A stretch of 11,198 nt of DNA from Gemmatimonadaceae bacterium (GTDB lineage: Bacteria > Gemmatimonadota > Gemmatimonadetes > Gemmatimonadales > Gemmatimonadaceae): NCBI GenBank assembly GCA_040902005.1, contig JBBDYA010000042.1:14358-25555 (forward strand), in the 5' to 3' direction. The notes beneath the pieces were generated by a model. That model saw only the letters and a list, made by a program, of their open reading frames with translations, was not told the DNA's origin and ran no database searches. Below are positions 7,349-11,198 of the stretch, one piece after another. The position numbers were made by a program, and so were the translations under genes. How positions within the stretch are numbered: position 1 is the first letter of the stretch; the number at the start of each line of letters is the position of its first letter.

Positions 7349-9363
7349 AGGGCATGCTCCTGCGCCCGCGATCGCTGCGGGAAAGCATGCTACTCACATC
7401 CGTGGCATTCGCGGTCGCCGCGACGATTCTGATGGGCATGTTCGCGCGGTTCGCGAGCGAGACGCGCGGCTCACAGACCGAAAGCGTCGCGATGCTGAGG
7501 GAGGAACAACGCATAGCCGAAGAGATCGTGAGTGGCGCCCATGAGCAGCAGTTGGACGCGTTTCAGTACCTGCAACGCCCTGCTGCCGCCACACTCGACG
7601 CATTCCGCACGCATGGTGCGCGCGTTTATGAAGGGGTGAATCGGTATCTGTTCCGGGACATGCCGCTGGAATCCCGCTTGAGAGTCGAAACGATCAAAGA
7701 GGCACATCAGGACTTTGAAGTTGCCGCGCAACGTGCCTTCGACCTGTCAGCGACAGGAGCATCGGCGGAAGCGCATGCACGCGCCGACGTCCTGAGCACG
7801 CACATATCCGTGGTGGAATCCGCCGTGCGCAGCTTCGTGTCGACCCGTCAGAACCAGCGTGATGCGCAGCGGGCGCTGATGGAATCACGGCTGCACCGCG
7901 TGCAGATGGCGACTGCGGCGACCGCCTTGCTGATTGTGGCCCTGGCCATCGCCATGGCCGAGATTCTCCGGCGACGCATGATGCGTCCCCTGACCGACCT
8001 TTCCGGCGCCGTGCGGCAGTTGGGCGATGGGGTGGGTTCGGTTCGAGTCGCGAGACAGCACTATCCGGAGTTCCAGCTTCTCGCGGACAGCTTCGAAGGC
8101 ATGGCACAGCGTATTCGCAGCTCCCGGTGCGAGCTGGAGGAGCGCAACGGCGAGCTGACACAGACTCTCGAGGAGCTTCGACGTGCTCAGCAGGAACTGG
8201 TGCAGCACGAGAAGCTCAGCGCCGTCGGCGAGATGCTGGCCGGTCTCGCGCACGAACTGAACAACCCCCTCGCGGGCGTCCTCGGCCTGGGCGAGGTGCT
8301 CCAGACCGAGCTGGCGTTGTCGAGCGATGTGGAGACTCGCGCGCTGGTGCCGACGGTCGTGACACCCCTGGTCGCCGAAGCCGTGCGTGCACGCCAGCTC
8401 GTGCGCAATCTGCTCCATTTCTCCAGGCAGTCGGAGCCCCAGTTGGAGTCCGTGCGTCTGGCGGACGCCGTGGAGGTGGGAATCGGCCTTCGACGGCACA
8501 TGTTCGCCCAGGAGCAAAAGATCATCACGGTGGACGTCCCCAGCGATCTGACGGTCGTGGCGCAGGAGCAGAAGCTTCAGCACATCGTCATCAACGTGGT
8601 GAACAATGCGCTCGACGCATTGATCGAGGGGAATGGATCGCGACTGCGCGTGGCCGCGCGGCGGCTGGGTGACGATGTCGTGCTGCAATTCGATGATGAC
8701 GGTCCCGGATTCCGCGAACCGGCTCGAGCGTTCGACGCGTTCTATACCACCAAGGTCGTGGGGCGTGGAACAGGGCTGGGACTCACGCTGGTCCATCGAT
8801 TCGCGCAGGAGTTCGGCGGCAGCGTCACCGCCGAGAATAGCGGAGCCCGCGGTGCGCGGGTGACGCTGCACCTGCGGAGCGCCGCAAGGACGTCAGGTGC
8901 CGATTGCCCCGCGCTGGCGCCGAGCCAGCCCAAAGAACCGAGCTCCAGGAATGGCGACGTCGAGGAGACCCAACTGCGCCAGCGCGTTCTGGTCGTGGAC
9001 GACGAACCGGCGTTGCGCCAGGTGCAACGCCGGTATCTGAGCGCGATGAACCTGGTCGTGGTCGAGGCGGCAAATGGGGTCGATGCATGTGTCGCCATCG
9101 CGGCAGCGCCCGTCGACCTCGTCATCACCGACCTGAGAATGCCGGGCACCATGAGCGGGCAGGACCTGCTGGAGTGGCTGGCGCGCGAGCACCCGCTGCT
9201 CGCCGAACGAGCGCTCGTCGTCACGGGAGACATCTCGGGCGCGGCACTCGCGGCGATCCCCTCGCTCACGCCCGACCGCGTGCTCACGAAACCGTTCGAC
9301 CGCGCCGAGTACGAGCACCGCGTGCGGCAAGCGCTGGACGTCCCGGTCGGCGCCGGGGCCTGA
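7345..9363 (+). CDS. Membrane-bound hybrid sensor histidine kinase (TM, helical periplasmic domain, TM, HAMP, HisKA, HATPase, REC)
   Basis: Two hydrophobic segments; HAMP-like RPLTDLSGAV...EFQLLADSFEGM; H-box AGLAHELNNPL (His codon 8251); N-box NVVNNALDA; G1 DDGPG; FYTTK; G2 GTGLGL; receiver VLVVDDE...ITDLRMPG (Asp codon 9130)...TKPF. ATGA overlap with the upstream gene. Confidence 0.93.
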   Translation: MKGMLLRPRSLRESMLLTSVAFAVAATILMGMFARFASETRGSQTESVAMLREEQRIAEEIVSGAHEQQLDAFQYLQRPAAATLDAFRTHGARVYEGVNRYLFRDMPLESRLRVETIKEAHQDFEVAAQRAFDLSATGASAEAHARADVLSTHISVVESAVRSFVSTRQNQRDAQRALMESRLHRVQMATAATALLIVALAIAMAEILRRRMMRPLTDLSGAVRQLGDGVGSVRVARQHYPEFQLLADSFEGMAQRIRSSRCELEERNGELTQTLEELRRAQQELVQHEKLSAVGEMLAGLAHELNNPLAGVLGLGEVLQTELALSSDVETRALVPTVVTPLVAEAVRARQLVRNLLHFSRQSEPQLESVRLADAVEVGIGLRRHMFAQEQKIITVDVPSDLTVVAQEQKLQHIVINVVNNALDALIEGNGSRLRVAARRLGDDVVLQFDDDGPGFREPARAFDAFYTTKVVGRGTGLGLTLVHRFAQEFGGSVTAENSGARGARVTLHLRSAARTSGADCPALAPSQPKEPSSRNGDVEETQLRQRVLVVDDEPALRQVQRRYLSAMNLVVVEAANGVDACVAIAAAPVDLVITDLRMPGTMSGQDLLEWLAREHPLLAERALVVTGDISGAALAAIPSLTPDRVLTKPFDRAEYEHRVRQALDVPVGAGA

Positions 9364-9383
9364 GCGAACGCCCGCCCGTCGGG

Positions 9384-9938
9384 CTACAGCCGAGGCAGGG
9401 TCACTCCGCGCTGCGCCTGGTACTTACCGCCCTTATCCTTGTACGACACCTCGGGCTCTTCCTCGCCCCTGAAGAACAGCACCTGCGCGATCCCCTCGTT
9501 GGAGTAGATCTTTGCCGGCAGGGGAGTGGTGTTCGAGATCTCCAGGGTGACGAAGCCCTCCCACTCGGGCTCGAACGGCGTGACGTTGGTGATGATGCCG
9601 CAGCGCGCGTAGGTGGACTTGCCCACCGTCACCGTGAGGATGTTGCGCGGGATGCGGAAGTACTCGATCGACCGCGCCAGGGCAAACGAATTCGGCGGCA
9701 CGATACAAACATCGCCCTCGAACTCCACGAAGGACCTCGGGTCGAAATTCTTCGGGTCCACGATGGAACTCAGGACATTGGTGAAGATCCGATACTCGCG
9801 GGCGACCCGCATGTCGTAGCCGTAGGAGCTCACGCCGTAGGAGATGACGCCGTCGCGAACCTGCCGGCGCTCGAACGGCTCGATCATGCCGTGCTGCTCG
9901 GACATCCGGGTGATCCAGCGGTCGGACATGATGGACAT
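9384..9938 (-). CDS. dcd: dCTP deaminase
   Basis: 184 aa from [45 protein letters not shown] and [10 protein letters not shown]. The 10136 start in the ORF track is over-extended. Confidence 0.95.
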   Translation of the reverse strand: MSIMSDRWITRMSEQHGMIEPFERRQVRDGVISYGVSSYGYDMRVAREYRIFTNVLSSIVDPKNFDPRSFVEFEGDVCIVPPNSFALARSIEYFRIPRNILTVTVGKSTYARCGIITNVTPFEPEWEGFVTLEISNTTPLPAKIYSNEGIAQVLFFRGEEEPEVSYKDKGGKYQAQRGVTLPRL

Positions 9939-10017
9939 GTGTTCTGCGGGTCTGGGGTGGAGGACGACGGGCGCATGCGGCTCCGGGCGCTGGGGCGCCC
10001 GGGTCGAACTGCGGTGC

Positions 10018-10026
10018 AAACTAGCA
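10018..10026 (-). promoter_or_regulatory. Putative extended -10 promoter (TGcTAGTTT) for dcd
   Basis: The minus strand reads TG-C-TAGTTT about 80 nt upstream of the dcd ATG. No recognisable -35 at 17-nt spacing. Confidence 0.45.
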
Positions 10027-10077
10027 CCTCGTTGCGCCAACCCCGCACGCCCGCGCCCCAACGCCGTTTTCTCTCGC

Positions 10078-10106
10078 TTGTCTGCATCATTTTGGGGGCA
10101 TAGTTT
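10078..10106 (+). promoter_or_regulatory. Putative sigma70 promoter for the nuo operon
   Basis: TTGTCT (10078-10083), 17-nt spacer, TAGTTT (10101-10106); 44 nt upstream of the nuoA ATG. Confidence 0.65.
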
Positions 10107-10120
10107 TCCTGCGCCGGACT

Positions 10121-10138
10121 TAGTGAAACTTTTCACGA
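10121..10138. promoter_or_regulatory. Rex-type operator (TAGTGAA-ACTT-TTCACGA)
   Basis: 12/14 match to the Rex consensus TTGTGAA-N4-TTCACAA, with an intact GTGAA-N4-TTCAC core and AT-rich spacer. Lies between the predicted promoter and the nuoA RBS (GGGAG 10143-10147). Confidence 0.72.
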
Positions 10139-10150
10139 AGTTGGGAGACC

Positions 10151-10555
10151 ATGGACCGCACGTACTTCCCCGTCTTACTGCTCCTCGGTTTTGTGGTGAT
10201 GAACGCGGTGCTGATGCTGGGACTCTCAGCGCTCACCATGCGTTCCCGCCCCACGCCGGTGAAGCAGACGCCGTACGAGTCCGGCATGCCGCCCCTGGGC
10301 GACGCGCGGGAGCGGTTCTCCGTGAAGTTCTACATGGTCGCGGTGCTGTTCATCATCTTCGACATCGAGACCGTCTTCATGATTCCGTGGGCCGCGCACT
10401 TCCGGGAGCTGTCGTGCGTGGTGCCCATGGTGAACGGCGTGTGCCCCGCGGGCCAAACGACTTTCTTTGGCCTCGTGGAAATGCTGGTCTTCATCCTCAT
10501 TCTGCTCGTGGGCTTCATCTACGTGTGGAAGAAGGGAGCGCTGCAATGGGATTGA
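10151..10555 (+). CDS. nuoA: NADH:quinone oxidoreductase subunit A
   Basis: Three TM segments; [27 protein letters not shown] and [11 protein letters not shown]; good Shine-Dalgarno. Confidence 0.95.
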   Translation: MDRTYFPVLLLLGFVVMNAVLMLGLSALTMRSRPTPVKQTPYESGMPPLGDARERFSVKFYMVAVLFIIFDIETVFMIPWAAHFRELSCVVPMVNGVCPAGQTTFFGLVEMLVFILILLVGFIYVWKKGALQWD

Positions 10556-11169
10556 GTCGTCCCGACGATGCCGGCCGCACGGAAGTCATTCACGGAGATG
10601 AACCCTGGATGGCGACGCGACTGGATTTCCTGGTCAACTGGTCACGCGCCAACTCGCTGTGGCCGATGCCGTTCGGCACCGCCTGCTGCGCCATCGAATT
10701 CATGGCCTCTGCGGCAGGCAAGTACGATCTGGCCCGGTTTGGCATGGAGCGGATGAGCTTCTCGCCCCGGCAGGCGGATGTCCTGATCTGCGCCGGCCGC
10801 GTGCCGTTCAAGCTCGCGCCGGTCATCCGGCGCATCTGGCAGCAGATGCCACAGCCCAAGTGGTGCATCTCGATGGGCGCGTGCGCGTCCAGCGGCGGGA
10901 TGTTCGACAATTACGCGGTGGTGCAGGGCATCGACACCATCATCCCCGTGGACGTGTACGTCCCGGGATGCCCGCCGCGTCCGGAGGGGCTGATCTACGG
11001 CATCATGCTGCTGCAGAAGAAAGTGATGGGCGAGCGCGCCAGGGATACGACGATCCGCGAGGAGATGGAGCCCGACCCGACGAGTCAGCTGTACATCCCG
11101 GCGCCAGTCATCGACGAGCTTTCGGAGCCGTTCGGCAACTCGGTTCACCAGACGCGATCCGGATTGTGA
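10546..11169 (+). CDS. nuoB: NADH:quinone oxidoreductase subunit B
   Basis: [33 protein letters not shown] and [13 protein letters not shown] (N2 cluster ligands). ATG 10546 overlaps the nuoA end, with GGGAG upstream. Confidence 0.95.
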   Translation: MGLSRPDDAGRTEVIHGDEPWMATRLDFLVNWSRANSLWPMPFGTACCAIEFMASAAGKYDLARFGMERMSFSPRQADVLICAGRVPFKLAPVIRRIWQQMPQPKWCISMGACASSGGMFDNYAVVQGIDTIIPVDVYVPGCPPRPEGLIYGIMLLQKKVMGERARDTTIREEMEPDPTSQLYIPAPVIDELSEPFGNSVHQTRSGL

Positions 11170-11198
11170 CAGCGCCGTTCACCCCGGTCATCGCGGGC
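11166..11198 (+). CDS. Probable 5' end of the next complex I gene (expected nuoC), truncated by the window
   Basis: GTG 11166 overlaps the nuoB TGA (GTGA) and is open to the window end ([11 protein letters not shown]). Identity inferred only from the usual nuo gene order. Confidence 0.4.
   Translation, partial: MTAPFTPVIAG

Noticed and set aside
6124..9383. CCCGTCCGGG / CCCGTCGGG at the module flanks as a target-site duplication
   Set aside because: Short, imperfect, GC-rich match expected by chance; no mobility gene present.
9370..9384. GCCCG-N5-CGGGC between the convergent kinase and dcd as a bidirectional terminator
   Set aside because: Only a 5-bp stem with no U-tract on either strand.
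9384..9938. dCTP deaminase as an anti-phage nucleotide-depletion enzyme
   Set aside because: It is the housekeeping trimeric dUTPase-like Dcd, not the zinc-dependent deaminase type used in defence.
7885..10103. ORFs 7885-8871 (-) and 8904-10103 (+)
   Set aside because: They overlap the kinase and dcd, have no domain features, and are explained by stop-codon scarcity.
9844..10545. Apparent 234-aa N-terminal extension of NuoB; similar extensions of SdhA (3063), SdhB (5146) and Dcd (10136)
   Set aside because: ORF-caller over-extension through neighbouring genes and promoters; family-typical starts lie downstream.
1..11198. CRISPR arrays, tRNA/rRNA, IS elements, Moco riboswitch
   Set aside because: None seen. 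Intergenic spaces are short, and the region upstream of moaD is cut off by the window edge.

Overview
High-GC bacterial window of mostly core metabolism; a Gemmatimonadota-like origin is my impression and is not verified. In order: moaD-moaE-moaA (molybdenum cofactor synthesis), mdh-sdhC-sdhA-sdhB (TCA cycle, single-anchor succinate:quinone oxidoreductase), a two-gene module (LivJ-like binding lipoprotein plus membrane hybrid histidine kinase, with no transporter or response regulator in the window), dcd on the minus strand, and the start of a divergent complex I operon (nuoA, nuoB, probable start of nuoC). Main observations: (1) the orphan binding-protein/hybrid-kinase pair with atypical codon usage; (2) a 13-codon mini-ORF bridging sdhA and sdhB through ATGA overlaps at both ends; (3) a Rex-type operator between the nuo promoter and nuoA; (4) a C-X8-C insertion in NuoA; (5) the same TAGTTT -10 hexamer in three promoters. 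Two G/C homopolymer tracts look like sequencing artefacts. All calls are by eye, without database searches.
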